Of a stretch of DNA of 64,000 nucleotides, positions 1-15,358 are shown piece by piece (within the stretch, counting starts at the first letter, position 1; every line of letters begins with the position of its first letter). The position numbers were made by a program, and so were the translations under genes. Origin of the DNA: the human T2T-CHM13v2.0 reference genome, Homo sapiens. The notes under the pieces are model-generated. The model was not told the DNA's origin, ran no database searches, and worked only from the letters and a program-made list of their open reading frames with translations. The DNA is taken from assembly GCF_009914755.1 (NCBI RefSeq), contig NC_060936.1. One strand, written 5' to 3'.

Positions 1-159
1 AGTCTCACCCCTGCACGGATATCTCTCCCATGAGGTCATCAGTGACTCCATGTTGTCTAATCCAAGGAATATTTTTCTGCCCTCATCTCTCTTAACTTTC
101 CAATGGCTTTTGACACAATTAACTACTCCACCTTTCTTGAAATATCTTTTATCGTAGTC

Positions 160-460
160 CTATCTCTTCTGGTTGCCAGTAACAGGAACATGACTCAAAC
201 CAACTTATGTAAACACAAAAGGAATTTATTGGCTCTTTTATCCAGGAAGTTCAAGGAATGGTGCTAGTTTAAGGCATCATTGGCTCTAGAGGTTCAAACA
301 CATATTATCAGAAACTTATTTATTTTTCTCTACCTCTCAGCTTACATTTCTGCTGTTATCTCAGTTTTTAGGCAGGTAAACCTCACATGGTAACAAAGAT
401 GGCTATTGACAGTTCTAGACTTTTATCAATCATCCTTGTCTTTCCTGGTCTTAGTAAACT

Positions 461-508
<48 letters not shown>

Positions 509-700
509 ACATGCCTCTTTCCTGTGAGTATCAGTGGGAGTAGTGAGAAGGCTTTAATTGAGCAAGTCTCATACCATGCCCAACTGAGAGCAGAGACTTG
601 GGGAGGGTCTTGTGTGTTGGGAGAGAATCAGCTCCACTTAAACTGTATGGATTAAGATTTAAGAAAATACACTCATCTTACACAAAAAGAAAACACACAT
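160..700 (-). mobile_element. Old MaLR LTR (MLT1K/L-like)
   Basis: Starts 'ggttgccagtaacaggaacatgactcaaaccaactta...aaggaatttattggctc', a typical antisense old-MLT1 3' end. The right boundary is uncertain. Confidence 0.55.
464..507. repeat. (AC)22 microsatellite
   Basis: Directly visible perfect repeat. Confidence 0.98.
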
Positions 701-1586
701 AGGTACTATAGCTTCTGTAACACTCCTCTCTCTTCTATTGTCCTTGTCTGCTCTTTTTCAGCCTCCTTTGCTGTCTTCAACTCTAAGTGTTGGAGTAACT
801 GAGCTTTGTGCTGGGTCATCTTTTGTTTTCTGCTCACTCTCTCTTCCTCACTGTTGTCTAAAACGCTTCTAAATCCACAGTTTACATCTACTTGTGAAGC
901 TGCTGACTTCCCATGTTTATAGCTACAGAAGCAACTTCCCCCGAGTGCCTTCTAACTGCTTATTTGAAATAAGCAGTCAGATTTCCACATGAATATCTAT
1001 ATGCATTTCAAATTTATAATAGTGTTCTTGTTTTCCGCCCAAACCTATTATTTTCCTGAGTCTTTAATATCTCTTTAAATGGTGCCAGCATCCATCAGTT
1101 GCTTAATCCAAAAATGCAGAAAACAACCTTGTATTCTATTTTTCTCTCAATTCCCATATCTAATTCACCAGCAAATTACACGATTTATGACACCAAAATA
1201 TATCTCAAATCCATCTTTTCATCCGTTCACCAACACTGCCATCACCCTGTCTAAGCCACCCTAGTCTATCACTCAGATAACAGCAATAGCCTATTAAATT
1301 AAATTGCCTTCTTGCTTTTACTCTTCCCCTTCACTATTCCAGTTTTGTACTGAGCAATTGAAGTGATCTTTCTGTCATCTCTTACTTCATCTTTTTAAAG
1401 TTTTATTCACTATATTACAGCCATGCTGGTCTCTTTTCTGTTTCTTCAATAGGCCAAGCCATTTTTTTTTCCTCAAAATCTTTGCATTTGCTCTTTCCAC
1501 AGCAAAGAATGCTCTTCTCCCAGTCTCTGTACTTTTCAGTTCTTATCTTAAATAGTCTGTCTTTAGAAGGGCCTTTCTTTACCACC

Positions 1587-1957
1587 TGTCTTGGTCATCT
1601 TGGACTGCCATAACAAAATACCATAAACTAGGTGGCTTATCATCAACAGGAATTTATTTCTCACAGTTGTAGGGGCGGGAAAGTTTAATACCAAGATGCC
1701 ACCAGATTTGGTGTCTGCTCTGGTAAGTACCCACTTCTTGATTCGCAGGCAGCAGTCTTCTTGCTATGTCTGCACATGGAAGAAAGAGTGAAGGAGCTCT
1801 CTAAAGTCTCTTTTATCAGGGCACTAATCCTATTTATGAAGGCTCTGCCCTTATGACCAAATCACCTCACTAAGGCCTCACCTCCAAATACCATCACATT
1901 GGGGATTGGGTTTCAGCATATTAATTTGAGGGGCGCATAAACATTCAGTCTACAGGA
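1587..1957 (-). mobile_element. MLT1A/MLT1A0 solo LTR
   Basis: tgtcttggtc...ctgccataacaaaataccataaactaggtggctta...cattcagtctacagga. About 370 bp, with 5-bp TSD ccacc (1582-1586)/ccact (1958-1962). Confidence 0.85.
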
Positions 1958-4900
1958 CCACTCTATGTAAGTTTATTTTCTCCTTAACTTACTTAATTCA
2001 TCACCCACTGGAAAGAATGCAAGCTCCCTGAGCATAGAGACTTTTAACTGTTTTGTGTATCACTAAATTGTCAAAACCTACAACAGTGCTTAGGCATTAA
2101 AAATCTATTTGAATGAGTGAAGATCCCCATTTATTCGCTTCATGGCATTTGTTAACAATTTGTCAGTTCCTTTCTTATTTGTTTACTCATCCAGTGGTTA
2201 TCGTTTTTACTAAAATGTAATCCCTAAGAAGACATGGAGATCTCACTCTATCTTCTAGGCTTGATTCAGTGCCTTGTACTTAGTGGACACTTAATACAAT
2301 CTTGAATGAATAATTGAGTCAATACTTATTAGTGATTGCTCCCTGAACTTAAGCAGAGATCATTCCTAAAAATGTTTTCTTCATGACTCTCTCACTTCAA
2401 AAGAAGAAATCAAATCATACCACGCATGGGATGCCTATATCTTGGTCAACATTTGCCAATTTGAAATAGTTAATTAAATTGTTAATCATCATGACTAAAT
2501 TTGAATATGGCTAGATGCAAATTCTGTAAAAGAGTATACAAAGGCCTTTACAACCAGAGTCCTGCCTTCTTAGTCTCTAGACTATAGACACCCTCCTTCA
2601 GTATTCAGCATCTTTTTTTGCATTTTGTTTCCCTTCATATAGTATCATTTCCTTCATTTCTCTATCTAGATAATTTCTATTTACCTTATGCATAAATGTT
2701 CATTCTACAGAAGACTTCGTCAAATTTTTGCTCTTCTCTCTTCTTTGTTTTCACAACCTTTTACATATTTTTATAACATTTATTACATTGTATTTATATA
2801 TACATACGTATGTGCAAGTGTGTGTGTGTGTGTGCATCTCTTATCTTTTAACTTATGTATCTTTCTCCCTTCTTAGACTCTGAGATTCTGAAATTCTGGC
2901 CTTTGACTTACTCATTTTTTTTTTTACTTCATATAATTACTGTGTAATTATATGTGGCATATAGTTGGTCCCAACAAATGTAGTTGAATGTGGAATTAAT
3001 GTTGCTGTCAAATTTTATGCAAGATGAATCAGTGATATTTCTTGTAGTAAAATTTGTTGTTGAAGAGGCAAAAATACCATCAACTTATATTTTTCATTTC
3101 TGTTTTTTTCAAACACTTCTGCATAACATTATTATATATCTCATGACATATATAAAAATAAATTATCCCCATATCAGACTGAAGCAAAGTCAGGTTAAAT
3201 TATCAGTCTACGGTCAACAACTAATAATTGGCATTAAAGATAAAAAACTTGGGTCTCCTAACTCCTAGCCATATATTCTTCCAACTGTACCAGGTATTTG
3301 TTTTCAACTTGGATTCATGACAGAATCATTAACACTTACACTGATATGATAGTAATTCTAAAGAAGAAACCAGTTACCAAACAGGAAAAATAATGTTCAA
3401 GTTCAATAATAATCGAAGAAAAAATTCATATAGTTTTTGCTTACAATAGTAGCATTAAAATTGTACTGCTGTGAAGAAAGTGTGATAGAATAGGTATTCT
3501 CTTTTTTTATTCATGGGAATAAGAATTGATTGAAAATATCCTTTGGAAAGTAATTTGGCTGTATTTATGAAGAAATATAAACCATTTAATACCTCATAAG
3601 CTCTCTTCTTGGAATACATTTCATGGTAATAATATGAGAACTAACTTTATGTACAATAATATTTATAATAAATAATAAATACTACAGCATTGTTCAAAAT
3701 AATGTTAAAAATTTTAAAAACTAAATTTCCAACAATGCGGCATAATTAAGTGATTTGAAATATGAGTAACAACATATAAAAAATTATTTTTGGTAAGAAG
3801 GAAATCCTTATTTTATTTTTAATGAGCTATAAAATAATATGTTTCAATAATCTCATACTTAATAAAATATTCATAGAATGAATCAAAAACATATAAAAAT
3901 GTCAATGGCATTTTTCTTTTGTGGGTAGAATAGAGAATTTTTGAAGTATTTATTTATATTGTACAGAAAATTAAGTAAAAATTATATACTATTTAATCTT
4001 TTTCAATACAAAACAAGCTATAAAACACCACAGCAGCATAGGTTCCAACCGAAGCTTTAAAGATTAAAGAAATAATAATTTTCCTTTTGTCTAAGAAATT
4101 TGATTGCTCATTGACACTGTGGTCGTTTCCGTGGGAAAAAGATGGGTTAAATTATGAAGCTAGAAGGGAAAGTCAGGGGTATTACTGGGACATAAGGAGG
4201 CCTGAAGGCCATGGAAAAATAGTTAAAGATTTCTGAGCTGCAGTGTAAGGCATGCAATCATCTCCCCAATGACCTTAGATGACATTCAGAACAAAATTTT
4301 CCAACCAAGTTATTAACATATACTATTCTTTGCCTCTTTTCTTACACGTTACACCTTCTCCTATCTTTACTGGTGTTCATATTAAACCATCTAAATTTTC
4401 TATATAGTTCATTTTTGTAATTTCCCTTTACCCCAAATGATTGGTACTTATCACATAGTAAACTCTTGATAGTTTACTGAATCGAGTTTACCTAATTCAA
4501 TTCAATTATTAAGTAAATTTGATTCAATACTTGTCTAGTACTTATCTATGACTTCAATAAGGTTTCAGAGGAGGAGATGATGAAAGCAGGTTTTTAGGAA
4601 GGCAGATGTGGTGATGTTGCATAACATAATTCAAGTTCAGAAAAGCTGGATTTAAGTCATGGCTATAGTCACTTAGGTATGAAGGGCAGCATGGAGACTG
4701 ACCAGTCAAAAGTGAGGCTCTCTGAGGGCTGAAGCATGAGTTCTGGGGGGCAGGGGTCTGCAGGAGGGCCAAATATAACCCCTTAAGCTGCTGGATCATG
4801 TGAGGTTGTTGCGGAGGTCTCAGGAGAAACAACAGGGTAGTGGGTACTTAAGGGCTCAGGGCAGGGGCTGATGAAGGTGCTTGAACATTTCAAAGTCAGT

Positions 4901-5514
4901 GCAGCCATGTGAATGTATACCATCTGATATCTGCAATGAACAGAAAGAATGGTTGTAAAGAGCACTTGAAGAAAATGAATTAGGAGACGGTAGCAATGGG
5001 TTAGAGAATGATAATGTAAAAAACAAAAGTATTGAAGCTTCTTGCATGTGTTGGAGCAAATATTGTTCCTCTTAACAAGAAGATAAAAAGAGCCAGTTTT
5101 AATGGTTAAAAAAAAAATACAAATGGTTTCAGATAAGCTTAAGTTTGAGATGATAGTAGGATATCTAAGTGGAACTAGTTAAAGGAAAATTGGAGATATA
5201 TTACTTAAGGGAGGGACTAGTCGACATACTAAATAGAGAGTAACTTCCAGCCAAAGGTAGTAAGCCACAGAGAGAAATCCACTAGAATCTGAAAAAAAAA
5301 GAAGAGGAGAGATCTTCATAGAAAGTGTCACATAATGCTTCAATGAGGACCATTGGATGAGTTGTATTCTTTCTATTTTTCTGAAGTTTCCATATTTTCT
5401 ACAAATGAATGATAGTTATGACCGAAATTATAGTTTCCACCCTATCATTCCTTTTATATATGGGGAAAATATTTACTTTTGAAATTTGATTTTATTTTCA
5501 CTAAATAAATTATC

Positions 5515-5685
5515 CAGAGCAGTATACCTCAAGGTGTAAGCTAAACCACAGGGCTAGCAAATTAAAATTATTTTGTTGTTTCAATCTTTATGAATTAGGA
5601 TCTCAGTGGTCACTGCCCAGGAATCTGCATTCTCTACAACCTTGCTAGGGGATTCATACGCACACTAGTTTGTGAACCAATGACC
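5515..5685. mobile_element. MER5-type hAT-Charlie DNA transposon remnant
   Basis: 'gcccaggaatctgcattctctacaac...ggggattc...gtttgtgaacca' are MER5 hallmarks. Confidence 0.55.
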
Positions 5686-6604
5686 CAGAGCACAGCAGCA
5701 GGGCCCTAAGAACATGTCCTTATCTCTTTTTGCATTGATACTAATCAGTGTGCATTGCTTTCATCTGCAGCTTAGGGCGTTTCTCTGCTTCACTGAGCAC
5801 AGAGATTTCCTGAGCTCCTAAATTCTTTGAAATATTTCTACTGTGGTCTTGCTTGAAAGAGATTACTCAGTAAACCATTTTGGTTAATGTGTTCCAGGTA
5901 GACTTAGATAAATCAACGGGACCATTAAAATCTTTCACCTTCTTTAAGGACAGAGTTTTGAGTTTTCTTCTTGACATCTTTTTTTCTTAAGCCTTCACTT
6001 GGTACAAACTGACTTCTTTATTTTTTTATTTTCTCTATCAATAATGGTCATAGGAGGTGCAAAAGCAAGCCTAGTGTACAGAACCATGTATCATTGCAAA
6101 CAGTAAGATGACCTTGCCGTAGGATGATGTCTGCCTGCTTTTAAAGAAAAAATGAACAATCAGTGTTCAATGACTTTATAGACACACACACATTGCACAT
6201 AGCCTTTGTTTCCACGGGAGCAAAATTAACAAGATAAGAACTTTTTTTAAGAGTTATGGTAGATCATTAAAACGTATGTAATTCCTGCTTGGAAAAAAAG
6301 ATTTAAATTCAGATTTTTTAAGCAGGTCATTAAAATGTGTAAAATCATCCTCACTGAGAGAAGAAGGCTTTAGGGACATGGTTATCACACTGATTTTTTT
6401 AAACTAGGTTTCCCTTTTTTCTCCACTCAAATGGAGATATTCTTTTGAAGATTAAAACACTTTTTTGAAATAGTATAGTTTAAAACTAAAGGGCAGTATT
6501 AAAATCACATATCAAGCTATGCTAACAAATAATGTGAACGGTTATTTTCTCACATGGATGCCCTCTAGCAAGATCAGAGACAAGGTTATATATTTCCAAA
6601 TGAA

Positions 6605-6666
6605 ACCAGTTAGCTTCAGTATCCAGCAGTGTGGTACTAATGAGGCTGAGGTCAGGGTTCAGTTTC
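6605..6666 (+). pseudogene. Degenerate tRNA-Ile(AAT)-derived sequence (MamSINE1 head or tRNA pseudogene)
   Basis: accagttagcttcagt...gtggtactaatgaggctgaggtcagggttc resembles tRNA-Ile ggccggttagctcagttgg...gtggtgctaataacgccaaggtcgcgggttcga. Stems are broken. Confidence 0.55.
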
Positions 6667-6699
6667 AAAACAAGTTGGTTAGTGTGATAAGAGCGATGG

Positions 6700-6910
6700 C
6701 CTCACCAACCTGGCTGTGCAAAGCATGAGAGTCACCTGGAGATTTCTATTTTGTTTTGTTTTTTTTTATTTTTTGTTTGTGTTCTGAATTTTGGGGCCTT
6801 AGTCCAGACATACCAAATCAAAATTTCTGAGAGTGAGGGAAGAAAACTATATTTTTAGAGAAATCCCCAGGTAATTCTCATGCCAGTCAGGATTTTGGAA
6901 TCAATAATCT
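6700..6910. mobile_element. MER5-type DNA transposon remnant
   Basis: 'gagtcacctggaga...ccagacataccaaatcaaaatttctg...tccccaggtaattct' are MER5 motifs. Confidence 0.55.
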
Positions 6911-9189
6911 CAGAGCCAGCCCAAGCAAGAGGCAACGCAGCATGACTGCTTGCTGGCCTTTACAATTCAAAACTGCAAATTCTAAAACTGCATCAATTGA
7001 GAACTCTCAAATTCTCCAGGGAGTTTGTCCTTTGCCTCCATGGATTCGGTTCCTTTGCAGAGGCCATGAATTCAGGGAAATTTTAAGCTTTAATGATAAG
7101 GCTTTCTTAAAAATAGCCCTTCTACATGCCTCCTTTCATGAGCACTTCACCGAGATTTTAAATGCTGACAGAACTCACCTTTCCTCACAAACACAGACAC
7201 ATAGGAGAAACCCTAGCTTGCCCTTGGAAATGAACATTGATTGCAAATTCAAGCTTCTGAAACATTCCACTCTGAGTGTAGTGATCATTCCCTCTGAACA
7301 TATCCAGATAGGATTCTGGAGGATGAGAGAGAAAGGGTATCTTCTCTGAAGAACTCAGATGGTTTTTTATGGCTAGATTATTTCAAAATACAAAAATCCA
7401 ATCTCTAGTCAAGGCCAGAAGAAACCAGGATGGTCCTGTGGGCAATCATGTGAGGCCAAACTGAATGATAAATCTATGTCTCTGTTGAGGATTCGAGTTA
7501 GAATAGAGGGGAAGGGCTCTTATGCAGTGTGTACAGGATATGAAAACAGCAGGTGGGCAAAATGAAAAATTGGTCAATGGAGTAGAAAACAAAATACCAG
7601 CAAATGACATGATTTTTTATAGTCTAACTAGCTGTGCAGGCATAGAATATATACAATCTGTATGTATTTGCTATATTTTCAAGTCAAATAGATAAAAGAA
7701 AATAGTTCTCAGAGTTATTCACAAATGCACTGAAATGGAAAAACCCAACTTATCTTAAAAAGCACAAAATAATATTTTTTTCAGTTTTAAGGCAACGTTT
7801 TTAAATGTGGGTTTAGAAAAGCTCAAATTTGAAAGTTTTAAAAGTTTTTCCCCACCTTTGAAGTTTGACATTAATCTCCTTTCTGTCACCAGCAGAACCT
7901 TCAGACTCAACTCAATTTCCTCAGCAAACGCTTTATTAAATGCAAATGTCGTATCCATTTCCATTGTCATGTAGCGTGCTAAGCCCAAAGCCAATGAGGT
8001 CTGCCTTTGCAAATTTTGACAACAGTAATTGACATTTATCCACCATCCCATCTGCTACATATTTGGATTAAAAAAAAAAAGATAGGCTTTCTTTCAATAT
8101 GCTCAAAAGACAGAACGGGCCTGGGAGAAAAAGCTGACACAAATATATCACACATTTTGAAAGTTGCCAGGTACCTTTGCTTCTCGTGGGTCAATACTTT
8201 TAAAACAACATCCTTCTCTAGAGAATCTTAACATTAAAGGAGTTCCCACTCTGTTATTAGAGCAAAATAATGGTATAAAACAGTCTCTTTCTTGAATTTA
8301 GTAGGGTGCTTGACCTGTCAGGCTGCAAAGAGAGAAGCTTGGTTACTGCCATTTTGTGATGGTCAGCCAAATGGTTTTACAAAGAAGAGGAAACTGTGGG
8401 TAGATGAAAGTTCTGCCTATAAAGTAGGTGTTACTACAGTGCATTGTGGTTATATTAAGTATGCCCAAAGGATAAGGAATTCAGGTGTGAAGTTGTGTGG
8501 CAGAAGTTGAAAATTAATTAAGCTCTGTGTTTAGGGTTTTTTTCCTTTAGTGTGCCGTAGTAACATGCCCTTGGCTCCAGGGAACTTTATGACTAAGTTG
8601 GAACAAAGCACTCATGACTCATGTTAAATGTAGCAGAGGAGAGATCATTAAATGTTTCTTGGCAATTAATTACCTGGGATATGCCTCTTTTTTCATAGCT
8701 TTGGTTTCAGGTGTGTGAGAGAGTTGAAAACGTTTAATTGCACCTAATTTGTTGCTGTAGTTTTATCATATGCCTAAGCATTGTGATAATGCCTGTAACC
8801 CGTGTGAAGAATTCGTAAGGGGCTTCATTTGTGACACCCCCAGAGGAGGGAATTTTTTTTTATGTTTGTGCAATAATCATACCTGACCTTTGATCCACTT
8901 TCTAATATAAAGAAAATTATGAAAACCTGCCAAATATGTACTAGATCCAGAACATCCTGGAAAGAAAATCCTTCCTACTTCTCCGGCAGTCTTTCCTTAA
9001 TTAGATGTAGCCATTTTCCTCACTCCTACCCACCTATTGGTCCAGAACCTGAAAGAAATTTCTTCCCAGCTAGAAGCTGAAAGACAGATTGAGGGTAATC
9101 ATTCCTTTGCATCTGGCCGATTTCAGTGTATTCTGCTGGTCACTATGTTATTTTCAATCACCTGAGATCTGATTACTTCTCCCCATCTT

Positions 9190-9510
9190 GCTAGCTTCCT
9201 GTTTTCTAGAACTCTAGTTTGATCACTAAATCTAAGCATTTTTACTTTCTGGCTTGAAGATAGTCTTCTTGTTTTCATGTGCTCTCTATTTTTTTCCATA
9301 GCACTTAGAACTAAAATCACATTATTTACTTGTTTAGTGTCAATTATTTTTTGCCTGTTTTCTCTCACTAGAGACTCCACAAGAGAAGGAAGGGAATTTG
9401 TCAGTCTTATTGACTGTTAAATCTCCAACATCTATTTCTGGGTCTACCACTGAGTATTTATGCACTCAGTTGGAAAGGGGTGGATGAATGAATGGATAGA
9501 TGGATAGATG
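9190..9510 (+). mobile_element. L2 3' end
   Basis: 'cactagagactccacaagagaagga...tcttattgactg' and a (TGAA/TGGA)n tail at 9480-9510. Confidence 0.6.
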
Positions 9511-9961
9511 AGAACCTGACATCTTCTAATCTTCTAGGCGCTATTCTGGATTTGTTCATTTGCCTCCATTGGAGTTCATATCAACTCCAGTAGAGTATTT
9601 CTTATGTAACCCAAAATACATATTTTAGGCACTTGCCAAAGGCTTTCAGTACATAGTGGAGGCAAAAAGAAGTTAAAATAATTTAGAATCTGCTAAGAAA
9701 GCTCAAGGTGAATGTAACATGAGAATGAAGTCTGAGTGGTATTTAACCAGATGGGTGATTGTCAATGAAACATTGCCAACAGATAAGCAGGATTGAGGAT
9801 CATAAATTTTGGCAGAGCTGTTCCTGGTGACATTGCCCAAGAGACAATGGGTATAATGGATAGAAAATGAGAATCATTGTTTTCCAGATCAAACGGAATC
9901 GATGTCTTCCACTCAGCCATACATCCAAATGCATGAATGAAGGACCAAGCATAAATAAGAG

Positions 9962-10034
9962 CAAAGTAGCTCTTTAAGCTACTTTGAGCTACTTTAAGCT
10001 ACTTTAATCTACTTTAAGCTCTTTAAGCTACTTT
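9962..10034. repeat. 10-bp tandem repeat (ctttaagcta)~6 with an inverted first unit
   Basis: tctttaagct actttgagct actttaagct actttaatct actttaagct ctttaagcta ctt is directly visible. Confidence 0.9.
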
Positions 10035-10659
10035 CATAGTAAGCACTTTAAGCCAAAGCCTTAACTGGATATAAGCAAATATAGAGAGATGACAAAGGGG
10101 CCTTGCAGTTAGAATAAGATTTCACTTACTCTTCATAAGAAAATTTTCAAGGAGATAATGTCCAAATTTATAGGAAACTAAAGTTCTGACAGGCTTACTA
10201 ACGTACTCCAGGTCACACAAGGATAAATGTGTGATTCATACCCCAATACATGCTGTTTTTACTCGCCCAGGAAGAGTAAATGGTGTCGTTTCCCCTTCAA
10301 TTCTGGTTGGTTCATAGAAAAAAGCCTCAAGACCACTGTTGAATCTCACTCTGACTACAGCAGGATCCATGGGAATGGGTGGAGGGCAGGGTGTGTCTGC
10401 TAGGAGATGGCAACAAGGAGTGGCAGTACCCACTCCATTTACCATCTCTGAACACGTTATCTCATTGAAAGAGCTCCCAGACAATGTTTCTAAGGTGTTT
10501 GGGAATTTGGGGACGAAAGAAGCTATATGAAGAATTACTAATAAGTTTAGTATAGATAGTAAATCTGATGAGGTATTTCTATCTAAATAGACAAGTTTAC
10601 GTTTTACGAGACTTTATGAGGAAACGCTGTGTGGGAAATAAAATGAAGTATTTTGCCAA

Positions 10660-10898
10660 ATTTTCTTAATTTTTGTTAATTGTAAAGGAGAATGTACTCA
10701 GAACAAGTAAGAAAGCACAAATATTTTTAAATCGTTTAAATAATCTCCTTCTCCACCTTCTTCACCATTTTCACTTAAATAAAATGGTGCATTTGATTCC
10801 ATATCTTTCTCTATATTCTTCCATGTGTTCTATGTTCCCTATGGGATCCATTATGTTCTATGTTCCATATGGAATCCAATTCCATATGGAATCACATG

Positions 10899-10953
<55 letters not shown>

Positions 10954-11900
10954 TTGTTTTCTAATTACATGATTATAATTCTCTACCTATCTGTCATTTA
11001 CCTATCTCCCTCAGCATCTTGTATTTCTCACATAACATTATATAACATCCAACAGTATAAATATATCATAATTTATTCTACCATTTCTCTAACAATGGGC
11101 ATTCGAGTTGTTTCCAGTGCTTTGCCACTTCATATAGAGCTGTAACAAACATACTAGTATACATGTGGCATAGCTTTATGCACCAGGGCATTCATTATTA
11201 TAGGCTAGATTATCAGAAGTAGGACTGCTGTGTCAAAATTGTGTTTATTTTTACTTTAATACACATTACCATATTACTCTCTAAAAGGGTATAGCAATTT
11301 ATGTTCCCATCAGCAATATATGAAAATGATGTTGCACCAGCACTTAAATGTTACAATTTTTTGTTTAACTTTTGCAATTTAAAAAGCTAAAAGTGATATC
11401 TGACTGTTGTTTTGCTTTGCCTTTTCCTGACTATGAATATAATTGGGCAGCTTTTTATGTTTTTAGATCAGCTGGGTTTCTTCCATGAATTGATGATTGC
11501 CAGTGTTTTTATTATATATATCTATTTTTTTGATAAATCATTTTTTATCAGTTTGTAGGTGCTCTTTATATATTCAAGAAGAGTAATTCTTTATGTCATG
11601 TGCACTGTGAAAACATTTCCCAGTGAATCATTTGATTCTTTACTTTGTTTATAATATCTTTTGCTATAAAATTATATTTTACTTTTATGCAGTTAAATAT
11701 GTCTCTTTTTTTGGCTCTGGGCTTCAAGTCTTGAGCAGTAAGATCTCTTCTTCCCTAAAACTATTCTTCCACAAATGTTTTCCTAAAATTTCTATTAGTA
11801 TATACAACGTTTTATTTCTTACATTTAAATTCCAATTCAGTGCTAATTTTTTTAGCTTGCTTTCCTTTTAGATGAGGTAACCAAAAAATCGCTATTGATT
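10660..11900 (-). mobile_element. Ancient L1M (L1ME-like) 3' fragment
   Basis: T-rich antisense L1 motifs (atgggcattcgagttgtttccag, ttcccatcagcaatatatgaaa, ttttcctaaaatttcta). Confidence 0.6.
10904..10946. repeat. (TA)~21 microsatellite
   Basis: Directly visible. Confidence 0.97.
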
Positions 11901-12471
11901 AAGCAATCTAAAAGGAGAATAAACATATTCAAATCATTAGAAAACAATGCAGAAGGAGGTGGAGGGCAAAGGGGTACTTACACAAGGAAGACATATTGAA
12001 CCCAACCAGCTTATGCAAGTGTGTCCTAGGTGAGCCTTAAAAGACGTTGCAGGCATATGCAAATCATATCAATATTGTCTGTCTCCCTCTTTTTCTTGAC
12101 TCAATCCATAACTGATATTTCTGATGCTACTCTCTTGCTCACTCCTTACTACCAATAGTCCTACATCTAGTGGAGTAATCTGTCTCAATGCCTAATGTGT
12201 GGCATTGGTCACACCTTATGGGCAGGTCACACACATAAGTGAATTTGGCTAGCAAGAGCATGTTCTGTCTAAATTAATCAACTTCCCATAAGCTCCTGTT
12301 GATAATTACTGCACAGTAATGCATGTTCTGTGTTGCCAGATTATTTGTCTATTTATTTATGTTTTTACTTTTACAGTCTCCCATGTGTCAGAAAAGATTT
12401 TTTAAAGATAATTTTAAAATATTGATATTTATGAAAATGTCTAAGTTTTAAACATTAACAATTTTAGTTAA

Positions 12472-12499
12472 ACACACACACACACACACACACACACAC
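12472..12499. repeat. (AC)14 microsatellite
   Basis: Directly visible. Confidence 0.97.
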
Positions 12500-12801
12500 T
12501 CAGCATATTAGCCAAACAAAAAACATCTCTGGACTTTAATTCTTTTCATGAGCTGTCACTTTGCAACTCAGGGCTACTCCAAGCCCTGCTGGCTTTACTA
12601 TGATCAACACGTTCTGCCAGATTTGACATCTCTTTCTCAAAAGCTATTGTCCACTCTAATGAATTAAATCTCAAAGTCCTAGCCTAACTTTTAATATTGT
12701 CACTACCTTAGGTTTTAATCTACCTTTCCAGCCTTATCTGCCACATGGCCACACCACAGACCCTGTAAAATTTAGTGCCTTTAGGTATCTAACAGAATTT
12801 C

Positions 12802-15016
<2,215 letters not shown>

Positions 15017-15165
15017 ATAACATGTTGGCTGGTTTGAGTATGGCAGTCAGAGAGATGGACTTTAAATTGGGCAACGCCTGCAATAAAGATGAAAGAGTTT
15101 GAACATTATTCTACAGGCAGGATGTGTAGTAAAACACATGCCAGACTAAAAATTGGGAAGCCCGG

Positions 15166-15358
15166 ATAAGAATGATACAATGGACTTTGGGGACTCAGGG
15201 AAAAGGCTGGGAGGGGGTGAGAGATAAAAGACTACACTTTGGGTGCAGTGTTTACTGCTTGGGTGATGGGTGCACCAGAATCTCAGAAATCACCACTAAA
15301 GAACTTATTTCTGTAACCAAATACCACCTGTTCCCCAAAAACCAATTGACATGAAATT
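15166..15358 (+). mobile_element. L1PB (L1PB1-like) 3'UTR fragment
   Basis: aatgatacaatggactttggggactcaggg...aatcaccactaaagaactta...caccTgttccccaaaaacc. Confidence 0.85.

Larger units (their letters stand above)
1..2120 (+). mobile_element. L2 LINE 3' region, fragmented (about 1-155, 715-1586, 1960-2120) by two MaLR LTR insertions
   Basis: Degenerate L2 ORF2 motif (ggcttttgacacaattaactactccacctttcttgaa, cf. AFDTVDHSLLL), pyrimidine-rich L2 3' body, and tail 'acagtgcttaggcattaaaaatctatttgaatgagtgaa'. Boundaries approximate. Confidence 0.7.

Noticed and set aside
4658-4909. Apparent 7-bp TIR catggct/agccatg
   Set aside because: No TSD, and both motifs fit the interrupted MIR sequence.
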